64,000 nt of DNA from Nostoc sp. (GTDB lineage: Bacteria; Cyanobacteriota; Cyanobacteriia; Cyanobacteriales; Nostocaceae): NCBI GenBank assembly GCA_036918135.1, contig JBALDB010000069.1:1-64000 (forward strand). Direction: 5' to 3'. A program made the position numbers and the translations under genes. Positions 28,907 to 38,953 of the stretch are shown here, piece by piece (positions within the stretch are counted from its first letter, which is position 1; every line of letters starts with the position of its first letter). A model generated the notes under the pieces. The model had not been told where the DNA came from and ran no database searches. It saw nothing but the letters and a program-made list of their open reading frames with translations.

Positions 28907-29245
28907 TTAATTAGCCGATTCAAAGGTCGCTGCGCTTACAGTAGTGGCGATCGCATTTTTAACAGCAATATCCTTCTGTGATGTTCCCACAGGCTGTTCG
29001 CCCAAATAATCCTCAATAATTTGCTGCTGCACTTTTGCCATCAACGAACGACCGAAGAAACGAATAATAGCAGCATCTATACCACCATCCATCATTCCAA
29101 AGGAGTTAGCAGGGCTGACCAAACAATCAAAATCTGGCAACCACTCGAAGTAGTTATTTACTGTTTCTACATTGGGTAAATAATTAAAATTCTCTTCAAA
29201 GGCTGCACACAACAAAGAGTTGGGAGCTACCAATATCAGTTTCAA
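28907..29245 (-). pseudogene. Macro-domain (ADP-ribose processing) protein, apparently C-terminally truncated
   Basis: DCLVSPANSFGMMDGGIDAAI and GEQPVGTS motifs, then an unrelated-looking tail; 112 aa is too short for a full macro fold. Confidence 0.65.
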
Positions 29246-29411
29246 ACTTTTATTTCCTCCGCTTGAACACCTATTTTAAACGTCAGCTAGGGCAAACATC
29301 AACGGTTTTTCTGTATTATCAGTCTTTTCTTTCTCACGTAATACATTTATAATACAAGTTATGTCACTGCTTTAGTGGTGACGGTTTGTCGCTTAAACAA
29401 AAGGAAATTTT

Positions 29412-31415
29412 ATGATTCCCCGAGAACGCATCCGCAATATTGGTATTTCTGCCCACATTGACTCTGGTAAAACTACGCTATCAGAGCGAATTCTCTTCTA
29501 CACAGGCAGAATCCATGCTATTGAGGAGGTGAAGGGAGGCGGCAAGGGTGCAACAATGGACTATATGCCGGAGGAAAAGCTACATGGTATTACCATTACC
29601 TCGGCTGCAACAACCTGTCAGTGGGATAATACAGAAATTAATTTAATTGATACACCAGGACATGTAGATTTCACTATTGAAGTAGAGCGTGCCTTGCGGG
29701 TACTGGATGGGGCAGTAATGGTGCTGTGTGCTGTAGCGGGTGTGCAATCCCAGCCGATTACAGTGGATCGGCAGATGAAACGCTACCGCGTGCCGCGTTT
29801 GGCATTTATCAACAAGATGGATCGGATGGGTGCAAATCCATTTCGTGTAGTACAGGCAATGCGCGATCGCTTGCAATTAAACGCGATATTACTGCAATAT
29901 CCAATCGGCAGTGAAGACGAATTTCAAGGTGTGATTGACCTAGTAGAAATGACCGCTCACTACTTTGAAGGTGAAAACGGGGAAAATTGGGTCAAACAGC
30001 CAATTCCCGACGTTCTTGTGCAAGAAACACAACAAGCGCGGGAGAAGTTGCTAGATACTTTGTCGCTGTTCTGTGAACCGATGACCGAAATGTTGTTGTC
30101 AGGTAAAGAGATTCCTCAAGAACTGATTTGGCAAACTATCCGCCAAGCAGTTTTGAGTCTGGAACTGACACCCGTATTGCTGGGTTCGGCATTCAAAAAC
30201 AAAGGAGTGCAAAATCTATTAGATGCGATCGCTCTTTATTTACCATCTCCGATGGATAGAGAAGTAGTCAAAACAGTAGAATCGATAAGTGTCTACCCTA
30301 ATCCCGATGCTTCCTTGGTAGCTTTGGCTTTTAAACTCACCCTTGAGTCCTTTGGACAGTTGACTTACACTCGTATTTACTCTGGGACGTTAAAGCCTGG
30401 TGATACTGTTTACAACTCCCGTACAGGACAAGGAGTACAAATCGGTCGTTTGCTGAGAATGCACGCCAACAAGCGCCAAGAGGTGAAAGTTGCAGTCGCC
30501 GGAGATATTGTTGCCTTATTGGGTGTAGATTGTGCCTCTGGCGATACATTATATATTGGAGAAACACTAGTTTCTCTGGAAAGGATGTATGTGCCGGAAC
30601 CAGTAATAACCCTGGCAATTACGCCCAAAAAACAGGAACATAGCGATCGCCTTTCCAAAGCACTCAACCGCTTTCAACGGGAAGACCCCACCTTTAGAGT
30701 CAGCATTGACTCGGAATCAGGAGCAACTTTGATTTCTGGTATGGGTGAACTCCACTTGAAAATTTACTTAGAGCGGATTCAACGGGAATACAATGCTGAG
30801 GTTGACATTGGTACTCCTGCCGTGGCGTACCGAGAAACCATTGGACAAAAAGCTAGCTTTGACTACCGACTTAAAAAACAATCGGGTGGCCCTGGTCAGT
30901 ATGCTCATGTTATTGGGTGGATTGAACCAACAGATCGGCCATTTGTTTTTGAGAATCGGGTTGTTGGGGGTGCGATTCCCAAAGAGTACATCCCTGCATG
31001 TGAGAAAGGTTTTCGGGAAGCGATGGAATCAGGAAAGCTCGAAGGTTATCCGGTGACTGGGGTGAAAGTCGTTCTGGAAGGGGGTTCTTATCACCCAATT
31101 GATTCTTCAGAATTGGCGTTCCGGTCGGCTTCGCATCAAGCACTCTCAAGTGCGATCGCCAAAGCCAAACCTTACATCCTCGAACCGATTATGCTTGTAG
31201 AAGTGGAAACACCGAACGAGTTCATGGGAAGAGTTCAGGGTGAGCTTTCATCCCGTCGAGGTTTGCTGTTGGGTTCCGAGACAATGCAAGGATATTCAGT
31301 GATTCGGGCAGAAGTACCGCTAGCGCGAATGTTTGGATATTCTACAGACTTGCGATCTCTGACTTCTGGCATGGCTACTTTTTCAATGGAATTTGCCTGC
31401 TATCGACAGTCCTGA
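29412..31415 (+). CDS. fusA: Elongation factor G paralog (outside the str operon)
   Basis: RNIGISAHIDSGKTT, DTPGH, NKMD, GMGELHL, KKQSGG.GQY, GSYH.IDSSE; no rpsL/rpsG/tuf neighbours. Confidence 0.92.
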   Translation: MIPRERIRNIGISAHIDSGKTTLSERILFYTGRIHAIEEVKGGGKGATMDYMPEEKLHGITITSAATTCQWDNTEINLIDTPGHVDFTIEVERALRVLDGAVMVLCAVAGVQSQPITVDRQMKRYRVPRLAFINKMDRMGANPFRVVQAMRDRLQLNAILLQYPIGSEDEFQGVIDLVEMTAHYFEGENGENWVKQPIPDVLVQETQQAREKLLDTLSLFCEPMTEMLLSGKEIPQELIWQTIRQAVLSLELTPVLLGSAFKNKGVQNLLDAIALYLPSPMDREVVKTVESISVYPNPDASLVALAFKLTLESFGQLTYTRIYSGTLKPGDTVYNSRTGQGVQIGRLLRMHANKRQEVKVAVAGDIVALLGVDCASGDTLYIGETLVSLERMYVPEPVITLAITPKKQEHSDRLSKALNRFQREDPTFRVSIDSESGATLISGMGELHLKIYLERIQREYNAEVDIGTPAVAYRETIGQKASFDYRLKKQSGGPGQYAHVIGWIEPTDRPFVFENRVVGGAIPKEYIPACEKGFREAMESGKLEGYPVTGVKVVLEGGSYHPIDSSELAFRSASHQALSSAIAKAKPYILEPIMLVEVETPNEFMGRVQGELSSRRGLLLGSETMQGYSVIRAEVPLARMFGYSTDLRSLTSGMATFSMEFACYRQS

Positions 31416-31428
31416 ACCTAGATTAATC

Positions 31429-31464
31429 ACTCCAGCTTGCCGAATCAACAACACAAGCTGGAGT
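31429..31464 (+). terminator. Hairpin after the fusA paralog
   Basis: Perfect 11-bp inverted repeat ACTCCAGCTTG / CAAGCTGGAGT. Confidence 0.5.
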
Positions 31465-31487
31465 TTAATTACAATGAGGATTTTTTT

Positions 31488-32360
31488 GTGTCTACCTTGA
31501 AAACCCTACAACCTGGAGACGAGCCACTACTAGAGGCTTTCCTTTCGCAACACGCCGATACTTCGATGTTTTTGCGCTCTAATTGGCGAGCTGCGGGACT
31601 ACTTGACCAAGGTGCAAGATTTCAAGGAACTTATATAGCTGCCTACATAAATCAAACTATCGTGGCAGTTGCAGCCCACTTTTGGAATGGGATGGTAATA
31701 GTCCAAGCCCCTGTACATTTAGCAGAGGTAGTGCAAGCAACAGTCATTCAATCTGGACGCGCCATTGCTGGAATTAGCGGCCCAGCAGCACAAGTTGAAG
31801 CAACAAAAAGCATCTTGAGGCTTAACAACCGAGCAACTCAGCTTGATGAGTCTGAGATATTATTTTCCCTAACGCTGTCAGACTTGCAAATACCTCCAAC
31901 CTTAGTAGCAAAAGAAGTGCAGTGTCGTTTACCACATGCACAAGAGTTGGAATTATTGATTGAATGGTGTGCCGCTTATAACATTGAAGCTTTAGGACAA
32001 ACAGAAACTCTGAATTTACGACCAGCTTGCCGGCAGGTAGTAGAAGCACGTCAAGCTACAGCTATGCATTGGGTGTTAGTAGCAGAAAATACTCCAGTTT
32101 CCTACTCTGCGTTTAATGCCACCTTACCCGATATTGTGCAAATTGGTGGAGTGTGGACACCACCAGGTTTGCGGGGTAAAGGTTACGCCAAAAGTGTTGT
32201 AGCAGGCTCGTTATTAGAAGCGCGATCGCATGGAGTAAAACGCGCTATCCTGTTTACAAGTGATGACAATCAGGCAGCACAAGTAGTTTATCAAGGAATT
32301 GGTTTTGTGCCTACTGGCGAGAGGTATGGGTTGGTGTTGTTTGAAGATAGTCAGGGATGA
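31488..32360 (+). CDS. GNAT family N-acetyltransferase
   Basis: QIGGVWTPPGLRGKGYA acetyl-CoA motif, N.AA..VY..IGF; GTG start after GAGGA. Confidence 0.85.
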   Translation: MSTLKTLQPGDEPLLEAFLSQHADTSMFLRSNWRAAGLLDQGARFQGTYIAAYINQTIVAVAAHFWNGMVIVQAPVHLAEVVQATVIQSGRAIAGISGPAAQVEATKSILRLNNRATQLDESEILFSLTLSDLQIPPTLVAKEVQCRLPHAQELELLIEWCAAYNIEALGQTETLNLRPACRQVVEARQATAMHWVLVAENTPVSYSAFNATLPDIVQIGGVWTPPGLRGKGYAKSVVAGSLLEARSHGVKRAILFTSDDNQAAQVVYQGIGFVPTGERYGLVLFEDSQG

Positions 32361-32646
32361 TGCGCCTGCGGCATTGGAAGTACTGAAATCATTCTCAAGA
32401 TATAGTTTGCTCTTTCTAAAATAGGTAATCTTTTTAATTTGAATCTAATAATTAGATTGCCTTGATTGCAGTTATCAATCAAAGCGGTCGCTCTAATTTG
32501 TATCTGTATTTTGCAATAACAAACTTAATGTTTTTCTACCCATAGTTGTGAAAGCGATCGCTCAAAAGAAAGAGGGTATCTCCCTCTCCCATATGTCAAC
32601 GTGAGATTAGTAATAAATCCGAACGCTTGAGAGAGGAGAACTACCA

Positions 32647-33699
32647 ATGGTAGCTACTTTAGATGATACGAAGCGCAATACTATTGCTGTGAAATTAGCA
32701 AGTATCAAAGCACTGCAAGAATTGGTTCTTGAAAACGAACAAGTGCTATTGAGAGAAGGACTTGATGCCGAAATTGCCGATCGCATTCGGAATTTCATCA
32801 AAGATGATGAAAAAAATCTTGGCGTTTTGGAAACTGTAATTACTCAGTATGGTATTCAAGCTGAACCAAAAAAAGTTGTCACAGAATTCATTGAAAAAGC
32901 AAAAGAATTGTTTAAAGGTTCTGAGCTAAGCTTATATGAAAAAGTGTCTCAGCATGAATTACTCAAACATCAAATAGTAATGAGTGGCTTGATAGTTCAC
33001 AAAGCAGCTCAAAAAGTTGGTGCTGACGTAATGGTGGCGATCGCACCTTTGAATACAATTAACTTTGAAAACCGCGCTCACCAAGAGCAACTCAAAGGTA
33101 TTCTAGAAATTCTGGGTGTCCGCGAACTAACAGGACAAGATGCAGATCAAGGAATTTGGGCGCGGGTTCAAGATGCTATGGCTGCGGTAACTGGTGTAGT
33201 GGGTAGTGCTGTCACCCAATCGAGTGACAAAAAGGATTTGAATATCCAGGATGTCATCCGCTTAGATCATAACAAGGTAAATACTCTGTTTACCGAACTA
33301 TTACAAAGCAACGAGCCGCAAAAGATTCAAGAATACTTTGGTCAAATTTACAAGGATCTCACTGCTCACGCCGAAGCCGAAGAGGAAGTTGTCTACCCAA
33401 GAGTACGTTCTTTCTATGGTCAAGACAATACTCAAGAACTGTATGACGAACAAGCTGACATGAAGCAGCGCTTAGATGAAATTAAATCTATTAGCCCTTC
33501 TGCTCCTGAATTCAAACAAAAAATCAAACAGCTAATGGACATTGTTGGCGACCATATTCGTCAAGAAGAAAGTACAATGTTTACTGCAATTCGCAACAAC
33601 TTGAGTACTGAACAAAGCGAGCAACTAGCTACTGAATTCAAAGCTGCTAAGACCAAGATTCAACAAAAATTAGGCGTTGTTAGCGAATCGAAGATTTAG
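32647..33699 (+). CDS. Hemerythrin (HHE) domain protein with N-terminal helical domain
   Basis: DH, HAEAEEEVVYP, HIRQEES motifs; GAGGAG RBS. Confidence 0.85.
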   Translation: MVATLDDTKRNTIAVKLASIKALQELVLENEQVLLREGLDAEIADRIRNFIKDDEKNLGVLETVITQYGIQAEPKKVVTEFIEKAKELFKGSELSLYEKVSQHELLKHQIVMSGLIVHKAAQKVGADVMVAIAPLNTINFENRAHQEQLKGILEILGVRELTGQDADQGIWARVQDAMAAVTGVVGSAVTQSSDKKDLNIQDVIRLDHNKVNTLFTELLQSNEPQKIQEYFGQIYKDLTAHAEAEEEVVYPRVRSFYGQDNTQELYDEQADMKQRLDEIKSISPSAPEFKQKIKQLMDIVGDHIRQEESTMFTAIRNNLSTEQSEQLATEFKAAKTKIQQKLGVVSESKI

Positions 33700-33774
33700 T
33701 TAACAGAAAAAATCTAAAATCTAGCCTAATTAATCTGACTTAGTTGTCATGCTAAATTGCTAGTGAAATAGAGG

Positions 33775-33804
33775 AACTCCTAACATTATTTGTTAGGAGT
33801 TTTT
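33775..33804 (+). terminator. Rho-independent terminator
   Basis: AACTCCTAACA-TTATT-TGTTAGGAGTT followed by a T run. Confidence 0.75.
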
Positions 33805-33861
33805 ATTGACTCTGTATTTCCAAGCTAATAGTATTTACTCCACATTCTGTAAATACAGCAG

Positions 33862-33904
33862 TCAGGAGCCAAGCCGGAGACGCTCGGCCGATGCGTCAGA
33901 ATTC
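33862..33904. repeat. Small dispersed repeat (copy A)
   Basis: TCAGGAGCCAAGCCGGAGACGCTCGGCCGATGCGTCA; its reverse complement closely matches 40555-40591. Confidence 0.7.
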
Positions 33905-34197
33905 GTGAATTCACCAATTAGAATAGGTTCTTAGGCACGCTGTATGTCCTATGTTCAGGTGAAAATCGAACGACTACCTGACACTGCTGCCCTTATACTC
34001 TAGTAGCGTATCAAGCTCAAAGACTTTAGTGATGACTATGGCTGACAATTACTCAATGGCAAGCATTCGCAAGGTAAGTTAATATCCAAGATAGCTAAGC
34101 TGCTGTTTAAAGCATTAGTGGACGCGATCGCCAAAAAGTGATAACTAACTCCCTAAACTAAAGTAGGGGTTTTTAATATCAGTCAAAGGTTATTAGA

Positions 34198-35826
34198 GTG
34201 AATTTGATTTACTTTCTTTTACGTTCTGCTTGGGGTATGGTAGCGATCGCGATCGTCACTGGATTCCTGAGTGGCGGTAGTAGTGCTGGCTTGATTGCTT
34301 TGATTAGTCGTGCTGCTAGTAGCGGTAGTACTGAGCGCTTCACATCCATAGCTTGGGCTTTTGCAGGACTAGCAATAGTTGCACTGATTACCAGCATTAT
34401 TTCCCAAGTGATGCTGATTCGCCTTTCTCAGAATGCAGTTTTGCAGTTACGGATGCGTTTGAGTAGGCAAATTCTCGCTTCTGAGTTGAGTCATTTGGAA
34501 CGTTTGGGAAACCCTCGACTATTGGCAACTCTAACAGAGGATATTCAAGCAGTTGCTAATGCTGTTTATCAGATGCCTTTTTTGTTTATTAATTTAGCGA
34601 TCGTTTTCGGTTGTATATCATATATTACCTGGCTTTCTTGGTTGGTACTGCTGATGGTTTGTGCTATTTCCATAGTAGCGATCGGCAGTTGCCAGTGGCT
34701 ATTAACTAGAGGAGGGAAGTTGCTAGCCTTAGCTCGTGAGGATGAAGATCGCCTGTTTAAGCATTTTCGCACGATTACCGAAGGAGTCAAGGAACTCAAG
34801 CTTAATTATCAACGGCGTCAAGTTTTCTTAGAAGAAAAACTGCAAGCAACTGCTAATGAATTTCGTCATCATAATGTTAACGGTCTAACTCTTTTTGCGA
34901 CAACTTCTAGCTGGGGTCAACTCGTCTTCTTTTTTGCGATCGGTTTTGTCTTGTTTGCACTGCCTAATTTACTTACTATTGATTCCGAAACCCTCTCTGG
35001 TTACATTTTGACTTTTACTTATTTGGTGTTACCAATGGATAACATTATCAGTAAACTTCCTTTATTAAGTAAAGCCAGCATTGCTTTACAAAAGATAGAT
35101 TCACTGGGTTTATCTTTAGCTAATAGTTCTGAAGTATCGACTGTTCCAACTGCCATTAAATCTTCATGGCATAGCTTAAAATTGAAAAACTTGACTCATA
35201 CTTACTACACCAATCAAGAAGACAACAGCTTTATTTTCGGCCCCATTGACCTAATCTTGTATCCTCAAGAATTAGTCTTCATTGTCGGTGGCAATGGTAG
35301 TGGTAAATCTACCTTAGCTAAACTAATTACTGGACTTTATATCCCAGAAAATGGGGAAATTTGGTTTGATAAGGAGTTAATTAGCGAACAAAATCGAGAA
35401 TGGTATCGGCAGCATTTTTCCGTTGTATTCTCTGACTTCTATTTATTTGACGAACTTTTAGGATTAAAAAATTTAAAATTAGATACTCAAGCTGCAAAAT
35501 ATCTCAAACAACTGCAATTAGACCATAAGGTAAAAGTTGAAAATGGACAACTTTCTACCATTGCTCTTTCTCAAGGACAACGTAAGCGTCTAGCTCTACT
35601 TACCGCATACTTGGAAGATAGACCAATTTATCTATTCGATGAGTGGGCAGCCGATCAAGATCCAATATTTAAAGGAATATTTTATACTCAACTCTTACCA
35701 GAACTGCGATCGCGCGGTAAAACAGTCCTGGTGATTAGCCACGACGATCGCTATTTTCATTTAGCAGACCGAATTATCAAACTTGATTATGGACAAATAG
35801 AATATAACGAACAAGTAAAAACTTAA
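34198..35826 (+). CDS. Cyclic peptide export ABC transporter (PvdE/SyrD/YojI family)
   Basis: TM domain with G.KELKL, GGNGSGKST, LSQGQRKRLAL, FDEWAADQDP, ISHDDRYF. Confidence 0.92.
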   Translation: MNLIYFLLRSAWGMVAIAIVTGFLSGGSSAGLIALISRAASSGSTERFTSIAWAFAGLAIVALITSIISQVMLIRLSQNAVLQLRMRLSRQILASELSHLERLGNPRLLATLTEDIQAVANAVYQMPFLFINLAIVFGCISYITWLSWLVLLMVCAISIVAIGSCQWLLTRGGKLLALAREDEDRLFKHFRTITEGVKELKLNYQRRQVFLEEKLQATANEFRHHNVNGLTLFATTSSWGQLVFFFAIGFVLFALPNLLTIDSETLSGYILTFTYLVLPMDNIISKLPLLSKASIALQKIDSLGLSLANSSEVSTVPTAIKSSWHSLKLKNLTHTYYTNQEDNSFIFGPIDLILYPQELVFIVGGNGSGKSTLAKLITGLYIPENGEIWFDKELISEQNREWYRQHFSVVFSDFYLFDELLGLKNLKLDTQAAKYLKQLQLDHKVKVENGQLSTIALSQGQRKRLALLTAYLEDRPIYLFDEWAADQDPIFKGIFYTQLLPELRSRGKTVLVISHDDRYFHLADRIIKLDYGQIEYNEQVKT

Positions 35827-35972
35827 AATTTAGAATGTAAAATAAATCAGGTAGAAAATGGTTGCAAGTCATTTAAATTTATTTATGTGTAGCACTATTT
35901 TTACATTTAATCTGAAACTTTTTAAGTTTAAACTTGTTTCAGCAGCATTTGTACATTTATCAAATAAAAGTA

Positions 35973-36212
35973 ATGTCTGAACAAAAGCCTTTAAATCCGT
36001 GGAACTACAAACCTTGGTGGTGTCAACCCTGGTCTATACTGCTCACAGGTGTAATCTTGATTGGTGGTAGCTGGTTATTATTTAAAACTATTTGGCTAAC
36101 AATTCTCGTCTCTATCCCTGTAGTCACCTGGATGGTATTTTTTGTGTTAATTTGGCCGCAACTAATGATTCGCAGCGGGATTTTAGAGTCCTATAAGAAT
36201 TCTGAATTTTGA
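35973..36212 (+). CDS. Small membrane protein (DUF6737-like)
   Basis: NPWNYKPWWCQPWSILLTG followed by two TM helices. Confidence 0.75.
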   Translation: MSEQKPLNPWNYKPWWCQPWSILLTGVILIGGSWLLFKTIWLTILVSIPVVTWMVFFVLIWPQLMIRSGILESYKNSEF

Positions 36213-36232
36213 ATTTTTAAGTGAAATAAGTT

Positions 36233-36328
36233 GGCATTGCAGATAAAGCAGGATGATTTAACAAATTATAAAATCTCTTCTCCTACTCCCTCTATGTACC
36301 TAAATTCATCCCCCTGTTATGCAACGCC
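36233..36328. mobile_element. MITE-like element with IS1-type ends
   Basis: GGCATTGCA...GGATGA / TCATCC...TGCAACGCC imperfect IR; reconstructed 8-bp duplication AATAAGTT / AATAAGTC; ends resemble the IS1 remnant end near 39287. Confidence 0.65.
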
Positions 36329-36333
36329 AATAA

Positions 36334-36549
36334 TATCATGTCCGGTTGAATACTTATGATATCTGTGAAGGTAAGTAATGCTTCGGCGAGGCTCAGCATA
36401 AATGGGTAATGGGTAATGGATAATCGGTAATCGGTAATCGTCAGTTATTTATTCCCAATTACCAATTAGCTTTTTCCCAATCCCCAATTACTTTTTTCCC
36501 AATTACCAAAAAGACCAACCATATTGTAAGTAATTAGCCGAACTTGATA
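36334..36549. mobile_element. MITE-like element (TATCATG family, copy 2)
   Basis: Same ends and subterminal sequence as 14174-14338; TAA duplication; longer internal STRR tract. Confidence 0.85.
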
Positions 36550-36610
36550 TAAGTCTTATACAGATGATTTGCCAGACATCTATATTAAAGGTAGGCAAAC
36601 TTCTACCACT

Positions 36611-36705
36611 TATAGTATTTCTTACTTTGGTAAGGTACAACGTAGGGGCGATAACTATGTGCCTTTACAAATATTCTGTACCTCATGTAATACAGAAACG
36701 CTATA
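36611..36705. mobile_element. MITE-like element (TATAG...GGTACA type)
   Basis: TATAGTATTTCT...AGGTACA / TGTACCT...AGAAACGCTATA imperfect terminal IR. Confidence 0.55.
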
Positions 36706-37006
36706 GTTCATATCCTTGACAATAATAGCGTAACATGCTATAGCACAACCTTTAATAAGTCCCTCCCCTTGTCCTCTTCTGTATCTTACTAATTTTGTAG
36801 GTAATTATTCTCAGTTACTGAAGAATTTTGCAAACCTAACCCCAAACTTTTCTCACAGTTTAGAGAAATTTGTGGTATAAAAAATATCAATTTTTGACGA
36901 AGCGCTTTTATCATTTAATAAGTTTTGATAATTTTTATCCAATTTCGATCGTTTTCAACCTGGCTTTGGGCACAAGACCTTGTAAGCATTTACATATTCA
37001 GGGAAT

Positions 37007-38254
37007 TTGCACACTGAAAGTCAGAGTCAAATGAACAACAGAGCAAGCCGAAGGCATGAAGAAGATAATGCAATACAATATCTCTGTACAAGATTCAACC
37101 AACTGTTGATTGCCGTTGCAGAGATGTTTCGAGCGTACAGGTTTGACACTCGAGAGAAAGTCTTGCGATTATTGCAAAATTTTCAGCGTAGCAAACTTTT
37201 TTGCCTAAAGTTCAGACTCTCATCTGTGAAAACACAACCTGTTCCTCTACCTGAAAATGAAGCAGAAAGGCTCAAAGCATTGGAGGATTATAGTATTCTG
37301 GATACCCCACCAGAACAAGGTTTTGATGACCTGACTGCTCTAGCTGCTTATATTTGTAGGACTCCCATTGCTTTTATTAGTTTAGTTGATACCGATCGCC
37401 AATGGTTTAAATCGAAAGTGGGATTAAAAGCTAAGGAAATACCTAGAGATTGGGCTTTTTGCTCCTATACTATTTTGCAACCACAGGAGATATTGGTAGT
37501 TACTAATGCCATCAAAGACGAGCGTTTTGCTAACAATCCTTTAGTTACAAATAATCCCAAAATTCGTTTTTACGCTGGTGCGTCGCTAGTTACACCTAAT
37601 GGTTTTCCTATAGGGACGTTGTCTGTCATCGATACTATTCCTCGTCAGCTGAGTTCCCAGCAGTTAGATGCACTGCACCGCTTAAGTCGTCAGACCATTG
37701 CCCAGATGGAACTCATCCAGCAAATTCGCAACCGCAAACAAGCGGAAATCGAGGGAAGGCAGTTATCACTAACCGATGAATTAACAGGTTTACATAATCG
37801 GCGTGGTTTCTTCTTACTGGCTGAACAGCAACTAAAAATTGCTCGCCGGATGAAACTGCTGTGCTGGGTAATCTTCATTGATTTAGATGGTCTAAAACAG
37901 ATTAACGATACCCTTGGTCACGACATCGGAGATGCCTTAATTATTGATGCTGGTCGATTACTCAAGCAAAGTTTTCGTAACTCAGATATTGTTGCTCGCT
38001 TAGGTGGAGATGAATTCATTGTTTTCATCTCTAGCTACTTCAAGGATGCAGATAGCATACAAGTACATCTGCAAGCAAATATTGCCAACTTCAATCGAGA
38101 GCAAAACCGTAGTTATCTACTTTCCATGAGTATAGGAATACAGCGTTACTTACCAGAAAGCAATATGTCACTAGAACAACTGGTTGCCAGATCTGACGAG
38201 TTAATGTACGCTCACAAACGTCTCAAGCGGCAATCTATTAATTACATTCAGTAA
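37007..38254 (+). CDS. GAF + GGDEF diguanylate cyclase
   Basis: GAF (RQWFKS, IRFYAGA), TDELTGLHNRR, DLDGLK.IND.LGH..GD, RLGGDEF; the true start may be downstream. Confidence 0.9.
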   Translation: MHTESQSQMNNRASRRHEEDNAIQYLCTRFNQLLIAVAEMFRAYRFDTREKVLRLLQNFQRSKLFCLKFRLSSVKTQPVPLPENEAERLKALEDYSILDTPPEQGFDDLTALAAYICRTPIAFISLVDTDRQWFKSKVGLKAKEIPRDWAFCSYTILQPQEILVVTNAIKDERFANNPLVTNNPKIRFYAGASLVTPNGFPIGTLSVIDTIPRQLSSQQLDALHRLSRQTIAQMELIQQIRNRKQAEIEGRQLSLTDELTGLHNRRGFFLLAEQQLKIARRMKLLCWVIFIDLDGLKQINDTLGHDIGDALIIDAGRLLKQSFRNSDIVARLGGDEFIVFISSYFKDADSIQVHLQANIANFNREQNRSYLLSMSIGIQRYLPESNMSLEQLVARSDELMYAHKRLKRQSINYIQ

Positions 38255-38270
38255 CGCCGATTTGTTTTTG

Positions 38271-38861
38271 CTAATCTACTACTTGACTGCCATGACTGCG
38301 AGGGTCATCTTGAGTAGCCGTTGGAGCTGCTGGGGCTGAAAATTTGGAAACTTGCCCGCTAGATTGACCATAGGGAAGAGGCGAGCCAGTAACTAAAGCC
38401 TCTAAGTTGCTAGCCAGAATCGTGCGGGGTTGATCGCCGATCGCTTGAGCGATAGTTTCGCCACCTGGCTTCAAAAACACAAAATGCGGAATCCCATCCA
38501 CGCGATATTTCAACATTTCTGGTAGCCACTTGGTATTATCCACATTCAGCATCACAAAATTTAACTTGTCAGCATATTGTGTTTCCAGTTGGGCAATATC
38601 TGGCGCCATTTTTTGGCAGACAGTACACCAATCAGCATAAAACTCCACTAAAGATGGTTTACCGTTGGTCATTGCTACTTCTAAGGGTATGGAGCTATCA
38701 CTTAACTTGGGCAGGGAAACTGAAGTTGTTTCAGTTCGCAATCCCAAGAACAGAGCAATGGCCAAAGCGATCGCTACGATTGCAATTAAGAAGTTTCTCA
38801 AACGCTTGGCGAAGGTGGATTCAGACTTTTCGGGAGAATTAGCTGGTAAACCCGTACTCAT
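38271..38861 (-). CDS. txlA: Membrane-anchored thioredoxin-like protein (TxlA/HCF164 type)
   Basis: N-terminal TM helix, EFYADWCTVC, NVDN.KW.PE...YRVDGIPHF, DPRSH. Confidence 0.85.
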   Translation of the reverse strand: MSTGLPANSPEKSESTFAKRLRNFLIAIVAIALAIALFLGLRTETTSVSLPKLSDSSIPLEVAMTNGKPSLVEFYADWCTVCQKMAPDIAQLETQYADKLNFVMLNVDNTKWLPEMLKYRVDGIPHFVFLKPGGETIAQAIGDQPRTILASNLEALVTGSPLPYGQSSGQVSKFSAPAAPTATQDDPRSHGSQVVD

Positions 38862-38953
38862 AACACAATTATTACAACTTATTAAGTAATCTCTTTTTCA
38901 GTTTAGCTGACTCGAACCCCTTTCAAAAAAAATTACAAATTATGAGTCGTGAT

